Source: a bacterium (GTDB taxonomy: Bacteria > Zhuqueibacterota > Zhuqueibacteria > Oceanimicrobiales > Oceanimicrobiaceae). Taken from it: a stretch of DNA of 64,000 nt. Every line of letters starts with the position of its first letter. Positions within the stretch are counted from its first letter, which is position 1. Of this stretch, positions 39,739-50,010 are shown piece after piece. The translations under genes were made by a program, and so were the position numbers. Below the pieces are notes generated by a model. It saw only the letters and a program-made list of their open reading frames with translations. It made no database searches and was not told the DNA's origin. Location: assembly GCA_046757025.1 (NCBI GenBank), contig JBHHXN010000001.1, positions 59,185 to 123,184 on the forward strand. Direction: 5' to 3'.

Positions 39739-41472
39739 ATGAACTTGAAATCAATAAGCATTAAAATTCTATTTGCGATATTCTGGGGTTTGATCTTTTT
39801 CTTCACCCTGCGCTACATCGGTTTGCAGTGGGAATACGAAGGGCTGTTAACCCGAGGATTGATCGTGGGGGTTTCGTTTGTCAGCAGCAAGCATATTTGG
39901 TATTCCGTGGCCACGGTTTTGGCCAGTGGATTTGTCGCCTCGTCGTTAGTGCTTTTTATGGCCACGCTGTTTCGCCGAAATCGCACTGTCTGGTATCAGC
40001 GCGGGTTGCTGTTTTCCGGTGCCGCTGTTTTGATCATCGCGGTAGCTTTTGTCTGGAATCGTCACACAATCAGTTTGAGCAAGCTGCCGGTGGTCTATCG
40101 CTATTATGACAGCACTGGCCGGCTCATCGAAGCCGAAAAATATACCAAGAATCTCAAAAACGTCAACGTAATTCTGATTTCCATCGATACGTTGAATCCC
40201 GAGCATCTTGGCGCTTACGGTTATGCCAGGGACACCTCGCCCACCATCGACAGCCTGGCCGAAGCCGGCGTGTTTTTTGAGAATGCCTACAGCCATTCAC
40301 CCAAAACTTCCCCTTCGCACATGAGTCTGTTTACATCACTTTATCCCTCTGTGCACAAAATACGCAACTGGAATAAATACCAGGGTGGGTATGCCCTGGA
40401 TCATCGTGTTGTCACCCTGCCCGAAATAATGAAGAACGTGGGCTACCACACGGCGGCTTTTACCGGCGGTGGCAACGTTCAAAGTTCCATCGGATTTGGC
40501 CACGGCTTCGATGTTTATCACGACAATGATCAGGCCTGGGAAAACGCCTTTAGTTGGTTGGATGAAAACCACTCCTCGAAATTTTTTCTGTTCTTGCACA
40601 CCTTCAAGGTGCACTCGCCGTATCTGCCCCCTCCGCCTTACAACACCCTGTTTGATGCCGATTATCGGGGAGACATGCTGGATAGCGAAGAAGCGTTGAA
40701 AGCCTATTTTCACAACAAGTCGCACAACGGCACAGATTTTCCCGGCAGCCACCAGTTGTTTTGGGAGCTGGTTGATAAAAATGATCCGCGGGACATCGAA
40801 CACGTGGTGGCGCTGTACGATGGCGGCATTCGTTTTATGAATGACAAAATGATGGCAACCCTGATCAAAAAGCTGCGCCAATATCATTTGTTAGAGAATA
40901 CCTTGCTCATTTTTACTTCCGACCACGGTGAAGAATTTCTGCAGCACGGCGATTTTCTCCACAAAGAGCTGTACGATGAACACATTCAGGTGCCGTTGAT
41001 CATCAATTTCCCCAAGGCTGATCATTACCAGCAAAAAGTCGTGAAAAATCAGGTATCGCTGATCGATATTGTTCCCACCATTCTGGAGTATCTGTCATTG
41101 CCAGTACCGGTGATGATGCAGGGCAGCAATTTACTACAGATGATCGAGGGCAAAGAAATCGCTCTGCCTGTGTTTAGTGAGCGTATCGTGATATCGGATG
41201 TGCCGGACAAGAAAAAATCCATCCGAACCCTCGAGTGGAAATACATCTGGTGGCCCACGAAAAAAGTTGAAGAGCTGTATGATCTTGTCAACGATCCTGG
41301 CGAGCAAATCAACGTAGCGCAAAAGTACCCGGAAATCGTCGGCGGTTTGTACCGCCAGTTGCTCGACTGGATCAACGAAAATGAAAAAGTCGGTCAATCC
41401 TTTGGCACCTACACCCACAAATTTGATAAAGCCACCATCGAAAAACTCAAATCGCTTGGCTACATACGATAA
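39739..41472 (+). CDS. Membrane-anchored sulfatase-fold (LtaS/EptA-like) enzyme, Thr-nucleophile variant
   Basis: N-terminal TMs, then 'VILISIDTLNPEHLGAYGYARDTSPTIDSLA'. 'KTSPSHMSLFTS' has Thr and His at the Cys and Arg positions. Ends with ...IEKLKSLGYIR. Confidence 0.7.
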   Translation: MNLKSISIKILFAIFWGLIFFFTLRYIGLQWEYEGLLTRGLIVGVSFVSSKHIWYSVATVLASGFVASSLVLFMATLFRRNRTVWYQRGLLFSGAAVLIIAVAFVWNRHTISLSKLPVVYRYYDSTGRLIEAEKYTKNLKNVNVILISIDTLNPEHLGAYGYARDTSPTIDSLAEAGVFFENAYSHSPKTSPSHMSLFTSLYPSVHKIRNWNKYQGGYALDHRVVTLPEIMKNVGYHTAAFTGGGNVQSSIGFGHGFDVYHDNDQAWENAFSWLDENHSSKFFLFLHTFKVHSPYLPPPPYNTLFDADYRGDMLDSEEALKAYFHNKSHNGTDFPGSHQLFWELVDKNDPRDIEHVVALYDGGIRFMNDKMMATLIKKLRQYHLLENTLLIFTSDHGEEFLQHGDFLHKELYDEHIQVPLIINFPKADHYQQKVVKNQVSLIDIVPTILEYLSLPVPVMMQGSNLLQMIEGKEIALPVFSERIVISDVPDKKKSIRTLEWKYIWWPTKKVEELYDLVNDPGEQINVAQKYPEIVGGLYRQLLDWINENEKVGQSFGTYTHKFDKATIEKLKSLGYIR

Positions 41473-41489
41473 TCTTCCTCTGCGACTGA

Positions 41490-44081
41490 ATGGATTCACT
41501 GGATTTTAAGAAGCTCATTTATGGATTAAAGCTGGGGTTGATTTCAGGGGCGGCATTGGGCCTCGTCCGGGCAGCCTTTTTTCTTGTCAATGAGAACTAT
41601 CAATTTGAAGAAATCAAATTTACAGCGGTCAACCTTTTTTGCAGCAGTGTCAATCAACTCACCCTTTTCGCTCTGCTTTTTTGTTTTGCTTTTGCGGTGT
41701 TGTGGCTGTTTTTTCGCAACCTGGAAAGTCTGGCTCTCTCTACCATCTTCACGGCCTTGATTTTTCTGCCTGCGGCTTATCTCCTGAATAAAAAATATTT
41801 ACCTGGAATCTTCGAAGTTAAAAGCTTGATCGGCAACGCGCTGCTTATTTTACTGGCGTTGATTACGACCTGGACCATGTTCCGACGCTGGCTAAAGGAT
41901 TGGCACTTTGTGAAGCGCGTTTGTCATAAATTTGTTTTGCTGGCAGCGCTGGCTTTGATCGGCGGCGTGAATCTCGCTTACCGGCTGCAGCCTGCTGCGG
42001 TGCGATTAGACACACAGTCTGCTGATCCAAGGCAAATACTCACGCTTTTTGACTCACAGATGCTTGGGGAATCAGTCTCTTTTGAAGAGCATGGAGCCGG
42101 AGTGAACTCGTCGGTTGAACAAATTTTAAGAAAATATTTAGAAACCAAAGTCATCCAGCGCTTTGAAGCAGTGGTCAGAAAAATTGGCGGGTACGATTCA
42201 CAGACCGTTATCGCGCATGCGGATTCCATTCTCAAGCGCCGGTTCACCTTTGTAAATATCTCTCGCACGCTTCCTAAAAAAATCGACTGGCGAACAAATC
42301 CAACAAAAGACAAAGTGTGGCTGTTTAATCTCAATCGCCAGGAGTGGCTGTGGGATTTGCCGGCCGCGTTTCATTTGACAAGAGATCAAAAGTACGTTCG
42401 GGCGTTTGAAGAGATTATGAGCGGTTGGTTTGAACAAAATCCCATGCCCGACTGGAAAAACGAATCGGATGCGGCCTGGCGCCTGATGGAAACCAGTTTG
42501 CGCATGACCTCGAGTTGGCTCGATGCGTTTACCATATTTTATTTCTACCACCAGCTCAGCGACGAGCTCACATGGCGCATGCTGGCGTCCTTTCACGCGC
42601 ATGCGCAATTTTTAATGCACTTTCGTTCTCCCGGCAGAAACCACTTATTGCAGGAAACCTTTGGACTCATGGCCGTAGCCGGGGTGTTTCCGGAATTCAA
42701 AATGGCGCCAAAATGGTTGAAAATTGCCAACCTGCGCCTGGATACCGTGCTGAATAATGAAATCTATCCGGACGGCGGCTACAACGAAGTTTCGACATTT
42801 TATCATCGCTTCGTGGTACGGATTTTACAGCAAATGGCGGATTTTGCCAAGGAAAATCGTGTGCAGCTTTCCGATTATTTTTATGAAAAACTAGAGCAAA
42901 TGTACGAATTTCTCCTGTACGTGGCCAGACCCGACGGCATGATGCCGCAAATGAACGACGGGTTCACCTCCAAAGATTTGCGCATTCTCTTCGAGCATCC
43001 AGCGGAGTATTTTGATCGCGCCGATTTTGAGTATTTCGCTTCCAATGGCGTCCACGGACAGGAGCCCGAACAACGCTCTGCGGCGTTTCCCTATTCTGGA
43101 ATTTACGTCATGCGCAGCGATTGGAAGGACATGGCCAGGTGGATGATCGTCGATGCCGGTTTGTTCGGTTCGGCCCATGGTCACGAAGACAAACTCTCTT
43201 TCGAATTGTTCGCTTTTGGCAAACCTTTCATCGTCGAGAGCGGCACTTACACCTATATTTACAACCACTGGCACAAATATTTCGAAAGTTCTTTTGCGCA
43301 TAATACCATCGTAGTTGATAATAAAAGTCAGATGCGGCAGCCAAATCCGGATCGCTGGGTCGCGACACCCCCAACCAAACTACCCAATGCCTGGTACTCT
43401 AATCCAGTGTTTGACTATCTGGAATCAAGCTATCGGCAAGGATATGGAAATAACAAGGAAGCCATCCTGCAGGGGGTCGAACACACGAGAAGAATTTTGT
43501 TCGTGAAACCCGATTACTGGCTCTTATGGGACGTAATTACCGGAGAAGGTCAACATAAGCTTGATCAACTTTTTCATTTTGCACCGGATGTGCAATTACA
43601 AATTGCAAATGTACAAAATGTTCAAGTCCGTCATGAAAGCGGACCGGTTCTGCTCATGAAAACACTGCGGCCGGCCGGGGTTCTGGCTAAGCAATTTTAC
43701 GGTGCAGACGCGCCGCTTCAGGGATGGATATCCCCGAAGTACGGAGTCAAAGAGAAAGCGCCGGTTTTGGATTTTAGAATAACAGAAAATTTGCCGGTAG
43801 CATTTGTCACTGTTTTGTATCCCATTCAAAAAGATGACGCTGTGCAGCAAGTAAAGGTCGAATGGCTGCCCACGCTTGTGAAAGACAAGCATTTGCAAGA
43901 TGCTGAAGCCATTGCGTTAAAAGTCACCAGCGCCGACGGCACAGATTACATTTTGATGGCGCCCGGAGTTACAGGAATAAAACGATTTGGTGAACACAAA
44001 ACGCCATCGCAATTGTATGTGAATCGCACCAGCGCGGATGGCTCTCAAAAACAAGAACAGATTGAATTGATGGGGAAATGA
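41490..44081 (+). CDS. Heparinase II/III-like protein (alpha/alpha-toroid plus Hepar_II_III beta domain) with N-terminal multi-TM anchor
   Basis: 'GSAHGHEDKLSFELFAFGKPFIVESGTYTY...HNTIVVD' matches the heparinase II/III C-domain signature; 'GRNHLLQETFGLMA' lies in the toroid region; 4-5 N-terminal TM helices. Confidence 0.75.
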   Translation: MDSLDFKKLIYGLKLGLISGAALGLVRAAFFLVNENYQFEEIKFTAVNLFCSSVNQLTLFALLFCFAFAVLWLFFRNLESLALSTIFTALIFLPAAYLLNKKYLPGIFEVKSLIGNALLILLALITTWTMFRRWLKDWHFVKRVCHKFVLLAALALIGGVNLAYRLQPAAVRLDTQSADPRQILTLFDSQMLGESVSFEEHGAGVNSSVEQILRKYLETKVIQRFEAVVRKIGGYDSQTVIAHADSILKRRFTFVNISRTLPKKIDWRTNPTKDKVWLFNLNRQEWLWDLPAAFHLTRDQKYVRAFEEIMSGWFEQNPMPDWKNESDAAWRLMETSLRMTSSWLDAFTIFYFYHQLSDELTWRMLASFHAHAQFLMHFRSPGRNHLLQETFGLMAVAGVFPEFKMAPKWLKIANLRLDTVLNNEIYPDGGYNEVSTFYHRFVVRILQQMADFAKENRVQLSDYFYEKLEQMYEFLLYVARPDGMMPQMNDGFTSKDLRILFEHPAEYFDRADFEYFASNGVHGQEPEQRSAAFPYSGIYVMRSDWKDMARWMIVDAGLFGSAHGHEDKLSFELFAFGKPFIVESGTYTYIYNHWHKYFESSFAHNTIVVDNKSQMRQPNPDRWVATPPTKLPNAWYSNPVFDYLESSYRQGYGNNKEAILQGVEHTRRILFVKPDYWLLWDVITGEGQHKLDQLFHFAPDVQLQIANVQNVQVRHESGPVLLMKTLRPAGVLAKQFYGADAPLQGWISPKYGVKEKAPVLDFRITENLPVAFVTVLYPIQKDDAVQQVKVEWLPTLVKDKHLQDAEAIALKVTSADGTDYILMAPGVTGIKRFGEHKTPSQLYVNRTSADGSQKQEQIELMGK

Positions 44082-44301
44082 AACAAGAATATTGTTTCAA
44101 AATGTGACAATAAAATCGGATGATCCGTTTTAAGACATTGAATTTTTTTGCCGATAGTACTTTTGTGGTAAAAAATAAGAGTAAATGTCTATAAATAAAG
44201 CATGATAAATTCTTAAAAAATACTGGTATAAAATTTGCTTCACCTAAGCGACTGATTTCAGGGTTTTACATTCATTGGATAATCTGGAGAGTTGAAAATT
44301 T

Positions 44302-44601
44302 ATGATTTCTCAGAATCGAAAAAGGGCGGTAGGAAAAGCGATTTCATATCGCGGTTTGGGATCGTTGTTGACGGTGGTCGTCATTTATATTTTTACAGGT
44401 AAACTAACCCTGTCGATTGGCGCCGGAATTGTCGAAGGTATTTCGAAAATGTTGTTTTTTTATTTGCACGAACGTCTTTGGGAAAAAATCTCCTGGGGCA
44501 AAGAAAAGCACCCCCTTTCCGGAATTCCTGTGACGCGAGAGCTCGAACCGGAAGATAAAATCTTGCTCGAAGAACGGCTCAAGGAACTGGGCTATCTATA
44601 G
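44302..44601 (+). CDS. DUF2061-like small two-TM membrane protein with C-terminal LGYL tail
   Basis: 'KAISYRGLGSLLTVV...TGKLTLSIGAGIVEGISKMLFFYLHERLW' fits the DUF2061 pattern; ends with ...LEERLKELGYL. Confidence 0.45.
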   Translation: MISQNRKRAVGKAISYRGLGSLLTVVVIYIFTGKLTLSIGAGIVEGISKMLFFYLHERLWEKISWGKEKHPLSGIPVTRELEPEDKILLEERLKELGYL

Positions 44602-44679
44602 CCAATTTTATTCAGACAAGTTACTGGTTTTGATGCATACGCGGAACCGTTATTTTAATCTACTTTTTGGGAGCAAAGG

Positions 44680-46860
44680 ATGAAACGCACATTCTGGTTG
44701 ATATTTGGATTGTTCTTCGCCTCTTTTGTTTTTATCGACACTCAACCGGCATTGGCGTATATCGGTCCGGGCGCTGGCTTTGCATTTCTTACTTCATTTT
44801 TAATGCTGTTCGCCAGTTTTTTCATGGCCTTTTTTACGCTATTAACCTGGCCCATCCGGGTGTTCATACGCTTTTTCAAAAGGCGCAAAGCTCTGGCAAA
44901 GGCCAAAACCGATAGAGTGGTGATTTTGGGTCTCGATGGTCTTGAGCCCACCATCACGGAACGCTTGTTGAAAGAGGGGAAGTTGCCAAATTTGAAAAAG
45001 TTAAAAGAGCAGGGATCGTACAGCCACCTGCAAACGACCTACCCGGCGCTGTCGCCCGTGGCCTGGTCGGCTTTTTCAACCGGCGTGGGCCCGGGCAAGC
45101 ACAATATTTTTGATTTTTTGTCGCGCAATCGCTTTTCCTATTTACCTGAATTGTCCTCATCAAAAGTCGGTACACCTGACCGTAAAATCTCTTTCGGAAA
45201 GTATGAAATTCCCCTGGGAAAACCCATCGTGCGCTTCCTGCGAAAAAGCAAGAGCTTCTGGAAAATATTAGGCGAGCACGGCATTTTCAGCCACGTCCTG
45301 AGAGTCCCCATCACGTTTCCGCCTGAAAAATTCAACGGCGCCATGCTTTCGGCCATGTGTGCGCCGGACCTGTGGGGCACGCAGGGCACGTTTTCCTATT
45401 TTACCACGGAAGAGAATGTCGCGAAATTTAAAGAGGGCGGCGATACTTCAAGGGTGGAGAGATTTGGCAATAAAATAGAAGGCTTTATCAAGGGACCGGA
45501 AAATTCCATCACCAAAGAGAAAAAGCCCATGAAACTGCCTTTTGAGGTGCGCATTTTGAGCAGCGACGCAGCCGAGCTGATCATTGATAAAAAAACCTAT
45601 CTTCTCAAAAGAAATAAATACACCGAATGGATTGAGCTGAAATTCAAAGCCGGACTGGGAATCAAAGTCCAGGGCATCGCGCGGTTTTATCTGTTAGAAA
45701 CCAATCCCCAATTTCGGTTGTACATGACCCCCATCAATATTGATCCAGAGAAGCCGGCCCTGCCCATTTCGTACCCGTATTTTTATTCCGTCTATCTCGC
45801 CAAGTTGCTCGGTAAATACGCCACGCTGGGTCTGGCAGAAGACACCTGGTCGCTGAATGAAGGCATTTTGAATGAAGAGGCTTTTCTGGAACAAGCCTAC
45901 CTGATTCACGAAGAGCGCGAAAAGCAATTTTTCCATGCGCTGGATAAAACCAAAAAAGGGCTGTGTGCCGTGGTCATCGATGCCACTGATCGCATTCAAC
46001 ACATGTTTTTCCGCACGCTGGAAGACGACCATCCTGCCAATCGCAACAAAGAGACCGAAAAGTACAAAAAGGTCATCGAAGACCTCTACAAGCGTATGGA
46101 CGATCTGGTAGGGCGTACCATGGCCAAAATCGGCAAAGACGACGTGTTTATCGTGCTATCGGACCATGGATTCAAGACGTTCCGACGCGGTATCAATTTG
46201 AATGCCTGGTTAAAAGCCAATGGTTATTTGAAGTTAAAAAAAGGCGTCACCGAAAGCGGTGAGTTTTTCCAGGGAGTGGATTGGGAACAAACCAAAGCCT
46301 ACGCCTTTGGCCTGGCGGGTATTTACATCAATGTCAAAGGCCGGGAGAAAAAAGGCATTGTGGAGCCCGGCGAACAATTGCAAAAACTGAAAAACGAGCT
46401 GATTGAAAAACTCTCCGGCTTGACCGACCCCGATTCCGGTGAAGTGGCGATTACCGAAATGTTCGATAACCGAAAAATTTATCAGGGCCCTTACACAGAC
46501 AGCGGCCCGGATTTGATCAGCGGTTACAATATCGGTTACCGTATTTCCTGGAATGGCGCCACCGGCGTGGTGAACGACCAGATTTTTGAAGACAATGTCA
46601 AAGCCTGGAGCGGCGATCATTGCATCGATCCACGCCTGGTGCCGGGAGTGGTTTTTTGCAATAAAAAAATCCACGCTGAAAAACCTGCCTTGATGGATAT
46701 GGCGCCCACCGTGTTGGAGTTGTTCGGAGTCGATAAACCTGCACACATGGATGGACATTCCATTTTTATAAAAACTAAAAAAAGCGTTGAAAAAAAAGAA
46801 GAAGCTCCGGTTGTGGTTGAAACCGCACAGGAAAGAGAGGTTGTTGCAGAAAATGAATGA
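44680..46860 (+). CDS. Alkaline-phosphatase-superfamily protein, type I phosphodiesterase/nucleotide-pyrophosphatase-like (PF01663-like), N-terminal TM anchored
   Basis: 'VVILGLDGLEP' metal-site strand, 'TTYPALSPVAWSAFSTGVGPGKHNIFDF' nucleophile region and 'LSDHGF' motif; 2 N-terminal TM helices. Confidence 0.6.
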   Translation: MKRTFWLIFGLFFASFVFIDTQPALAYIGPGAGFAFLTSFLMLFASFFMAFFTLLTWPIRVFIRFFKRRKALAKAKTDRVVILGLDGLEPTITERLLKEGKLPNLKKLKEQGSYSHLQTTYPALSPVAWSAFSTGVGPGKHNIFDFLSRNRFSYLPELSSSKVGTPDRKISFGKYEIPLGKPIVRFLRKSKSFWKILGEHGIFSHVLRVPITFPPEKFNGAMLSAMCAPDLWGTQGTFSYFTTEENVAKFKEGGDTSRVERFGNKIEGFIKGPENSITKEKKPMKLPFEVRILSSDAAELIIDKKTYLLKRNKYTEWIELKFKAGLGIKVQGIARFYLLETNPQFRLYMTPINIDPEKPALPISYPYFYSVYLAKLLGKYATLGLAEDTWSLNEGILNEEAFLEQAYLIHEEREKQFFHALDKTKKGLCAVVIDATDRIQHMFFRTLEDDHPANRNKETEKYKKVIEDLYKRMDDLVGRTMAKIGKDDVFIVLSDHGFKTFRRGINLNAWLKANGYLKLKKGVTESGEFFQGVDWEQTKAYAFGLAGIYINVKGREKKGIVEPGEQLQKLKNELIEKLSGLTDPDSGEVAITEMFDNRKIYQGPYTDSGPDLISGYNIGYRISWNGATGVVNDQIFEDNVKAWSGDHCIDPRLVPGVVFCNKKIHAEKPALMDMAPTVLELFGVDKPAHMDGHSIFIKTKKSVEKKEEAPVVVETAQEREVVAENE

Positions 46861-48832
46861 TCAAAAAAGGACTTTTGTGACACAATGGGCTGTTATTTTT
46901 TTTCTGACTGGCCTGTTAGTGGGAACATGGAGTTGTGGCAACTCTTCAAATGAATTGGCGAATAATAAAGTCATTGTCATCGGATTTGACGGCATCGATG
47001 CCGGGCTGTTGTCGCAATATATGGCCGAGGGGATGCTGCCCAACTTTTCCAGGCTTAAAAACATGGGCGATTTTAAACCGCTGGGAACCAGCGTGCCGCC
47101 GCAGAGTCCGGTGGCCTGGTCGAATTTTATCACCGGTATGAACCCTGGCGGGCACGGTATTTTCGATTTTATTCACCGTGATCCAAATACCATGCTGCCT
47201 ATTTCCTCCACTTCGAAAACCGAAGGCTCTTCTCGTACCCTGAAATTCGGAAAGTTTGTTATTCCATTGTCCGGCGGTAAAGTTAAAAATTTGCGTCAGG
47301 GGGAGGCATTTTGGCCCATTCTGGAAAAGCACGGCGTGGCCACCACGGTTTTCAAGGTGCCGGCCAATTTCCCGCCAGTCAAATCCAAAGGTAAAACCCT
47401 CAGTGGCATGGGTACGCCGGATTTGCTGGGCACCTTTGGCACGTTTTCCTACTACACCGATGATCCGCCGCCAAACCGCGACGATATCTCAGGCGGTATT
47501 GTCTATCAGGTGGAAGTGAAGAACGATGCCGTCAAAGCGAATTTGGTTGGGCCCAAAAACACTTTTTTGCACGACCAACCGGATGCGACCATCCCATTTG
47601 AAGTATGGCGGGATCCGGATGAGCCCGTGGCGAAGATTCTGGTGCAGGACCACCAAATTTTGCTGCAGGAAAAAGAATGGAGCGATTGGATTCAAGTCAG
47701 TTTCGAATTAATACCGGGGATCGAATCGGTGTCGGGTATTTGCCGGTTCTATTTGAAAGAAGTTCGACCCAATTTCAAATTGTATGTATCTCCTATCAAT
47801 ATCGATCCATCGGATCCGGCGCTGCCGATTTCTACCCCGGAAGATTACGCACAAGATTTACACCATGACTGTGGTTTTTTTTACACGCAGGGCATGCCGG
47901 AAGACACCAAAGCGCTGTCCTGGGGTGTATTCGATTATCAGGATTTTCACAGTCAGGGTGACAATGTTTTGAAAGAGCGGTTGACGCTTTTCGATGACGT
48001 TCTAAATGATTATAAAGACGGTCTGTTGTTTTTCTACTTTTCGAGCACCGATTTGAATGCGCACATGTTTTATAACATGATCGATCCGCAACATCCATCT
48101 TACGATCCGGCGAAAGCGGAAAAGTTCGCTAACGTCATTCCCTCAATTTATCAAAAAGCAGATAAAGTGGTCGGCAAAGTGTTAGATCGGGTGGATGAAC
48201 ATACCACTGTCATCATTATGTCGGATCACGGTTTCGCCCCGTTTCGGCGAGCGGTACATTTGAACACTTGGTTAAAAGATCAGGGCTACGTCAAGCTGGT
48301 GGATGAGTCCAAACAGGCGGACAGCGAATATTTTTTAAATGTCGATTGGACGCGAACGCGAGCTTACGGGCTGGGATTCAATGGCTTGTATGTAAACCTG
48401 CGTGGCCGGGAGATGAGCGGATTCGTTTCGCGCCGTGAAAAAAACGCCCTGCTGGATGAGATTTCTGAAAAACTACTGGCACTGCGTGATCCCAAAAACG
48501 GCGTAAAAATTGTGGACCGGGTGTATCGGGCAGAGGATATTTATTCGGGAGCGTTCGCAGAATTTGCGCCCGACCTGGTGATCGGATACAGTCGAGGGTA
48601 CCGGGCTTCCTGGGAAACCACCATCGGCAATTTCCCGCTGGAATGGATCGAAGACAACATGGATCCCTGGAGCGGTGATCACTGCATGGCAGCAGAGCTG
48701 GTACCCGGCATCATTTTATCTAATAAAAAAATAAAATTAGACAATCCAAAATTGTATGATCTCGCGCCAACTATTTTGGCTGAATTTGGCGTGCCGAAAA
48801 AAGAAGAAATGGTTGGACGAGTCATTTTTTAA
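46853..48832 (+). CDS. Alkaline-phosphatase-superfamily protein (PF01663-like paralog) with signal anchor
   Basis: 'VIVIGFDGIDAGLL', 'SVPPQSPVAWSNFITGMNPGGHGIFDF' and 'MSDHGF' motifs. The ATG at 46853 (ATGAATGA overlap with the upstream stop) is preferred over the track start at 46787. Confidence 0.6.
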   Translation: MNDQKRTFVTQWAVIFFLTGLLVGTWSCGNSSNELANNKVIVIGFDGIDAGLLSQYMAEGMLPNFSRLKNMGDFKPLGTSVPPQSPVAWSNFITGMNPGGHGIFDFIHRDPNTMLPISSTSKTEGSSRTLKFGKFVIPLSGGKVKNLRQGEAFWPILEKHGVATTVFKVPANFPPVKSKGKTLSGMGTPDLLGTFGTFSYYTDDPPPNRDDISGGIVYQVEVKNDAVKANLVGPKNTFLHDQPDATIPFEVWRDPDEPVAKILVQDHQILLQEKEWSDWIQVSFELIPGIESVSGICRFYLKEVRPNFKLYVSPINIDPSDPALPISTPEDYAQDLHHDCGFFYTQGMPEDTKALSWGVFDYQDFHSQGDNVLKERLTLFDDVLNDYKDGLLFFYFSSTDLNAHMFYNMIDPQHPSYDPAKAEKFANVIPSIYQKADKVVGKVLDRVDEHTTVIIMSDHGFAPFRRAVHLNTWLKDQGYVKLVDESKQADSEYFLNVDWTRTRAYGLGFNGLYVNLRGREMSGFVSRREKNALLDEISEKLLALRDPKNGVKIVDRVYRAEDIYSGAFAEFAPDLVIGYSRGYRASWETTIGNFPLEWIEDNMDPWSGDHCMAAELVPGIILSNKKIKLDNPKLYDLAPTILAEFGVPKKEEMVGRVIF

Positions 48833-48863
48833 TTATTGGCTAAATTGGTACAAGGAGATTGCG

Positions 48864-49055
48864 ATGTTAGGACCTAAAATCAAATTAGAAAAAGAATTGT
48901 ATGACCGTGTGAAAAAATTTGCTGATATTGCCGGCTATTCTTCTGTGGAAGAATTTATTACGCATGTTCTTGAAAAGGAGCTGTCGTCCATCGACGATTC
49001 CGAATCAGAAGAAGAGGTCAAAAAGCGTTTGCAAGGATTGGGATATTTGTCATAG
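48864..49055 (+). CDS. 63-aa ribbon-helix-helix (CopG/Arc/MetJ-like) putative DNA-binding protein with C-terminal LGYLS tail
   Basis: AGGAG RBS at 48854. 'KIKLEKELYDRVKKFADIAGYSSVEEFITHVLEKEL' is a canonical RHH beta-alpha-alpha pattern. The longer ORF from 48756 overlaps the upstream gene and lacks an RBS. Confidence 0.5.
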   Translation: MLGPKIKLEKELYDRVKKFADIAGYSSVEEFITHVLEKELSSIDDSESEEEVKKRLQGLGYLS

Positions 49056-49115
49056 CTGAGCGACGGGTACTTATTAATGATTTGAAACCTGAACTGTAAT
49101 GATTTGACAGGAAAT

Positions 49116-49946
49116 ATGATGAATATTTTTAATGCGGTATTTAGCGCCATTTTTAACATGCTTTTTTATCCATTTAACAGCCTGGCCCCGGTGTGGGGTA
49201 TGCTGATCATATCGTTTGTCACCGGTGTTGTGATGTTGTTCATATTTAAAGCGACTTCGGACCAGAAGGGCATCAAACAGGCAAAAAATTTTGTTAAGGC
49301 TCATTTTTTAGCCATTCGGTTGTATCGCGATGATATTGGCTTGATGTTCAACACCATGAAAAACATTCTCGTGAGTAATATGCTTTACATGAAGAAGTCG
49401 CTGCGTCCTATGCTGTTTTTGATCGTTCCGGTGGGCGTGATTTTGATTCAGCTCGGCAGCCGTTACGAATTTCGACCCTTCAAAGTGGGGGAGACCTTTA
49501 TTTTAACACTGCGCCTGCATGAAGCGATTGAGAATGTGGATTTGAAAGATGTTGGGATTTCCTTGCCTGTGGGTTTGAGCCTGGATATGCCGCCGGTGAA
49601 AATAGCCCGGCTTCGTGAAGTGAACTGGCGGGTAAAAGCAGAACAGCCCGGCAGTTATGATGTGGTTTTTAAATACCAGGGCAGCACGGTGAATAAGCAA
49701 TTACATGTCGAGGGTGCGCTGGTGCCCATTGCCAGAGAAATTGCCCGAAGTAATTTGTCGGTGGCGCTCATGAACCCGGCTGAATCGAGTTTGCCGGGCT
49801 CTTCATTTGCGTCAATCATTTCTGTTGGCTACCCTAAACGGGATTTTGAATTCTTTGGATGGCAATTTCACTGGCTCATCGCTTTTTTTATTTTCAGCTT
49901 GATTTCTGCATTTGCCTTTAAGGGATTTTTGGGTGTGGAAGTTTAA
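49116..49946 (+). CDS. Hypothetical polytopic membrane protein
   Basis: ATGATG start after a purine-rich stretch; 4-5 TM helices; no recognisable family. Confidence 0.5.
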   Translation: MMNIFNAVFSAIFNMLFYPFNSLAPVWGMLIISFVTGVVMLFIFKATSDQKGIKQAKNFVKAHFLAIRLYRDDIGLMFNTMKNILVSNMLYMKKSLRPMLFLIVPVGVILIQLGSRYEFRPFKVGETFILTLRLHEAIENVDLKDVGISLPVGLSLDMPPVKIARLREVNWRVKAEQPGSYDVVFKYQGSTVNKQLHVEGALVPIAREIARSNLSVALMNPAESSLPGSSFASIISVGYPKRDFEFFGWQFHWLIAFFIFSLISAFAFKGFLGVEV

Positions 49947-50010
49947 AACGAAATCTCTATTGAAATGAATTCGACCTCAAGAACTACTGCAAAAGGATAT
50001 TTCGATTCCC

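Noticed and set aside
35332..41472. Calling the three PF00884-domain proteins arylsulfatases
   Set aside because: The essential C/S-x-P-x-R formylglycine motif is absent (Thr and His/Leu at the Cys and Arg positions), and the LtaS/EptA-like N-terminal membrane domain is present. A phospho-alcohol transferase-like Thr-nucleophile enzyme is more consistent.
44088..44140. Weak hairpins after the heparinase-like gene (gaaacaa/ttgtttc; cgga/tccg+tttt)
   Set aside because: Stems of only 4-7 bp without a convincing U-tract; not reported as a terminator.
48756..49055. 99-aa version of the RHH ORF starting at 48756
   Set aside because: It overlaps the upstream gene by 77 nt and has no RBS. The internal ATG at 48864 has an AGGAG RBS and yields a canonical 63-aa RHH protein.
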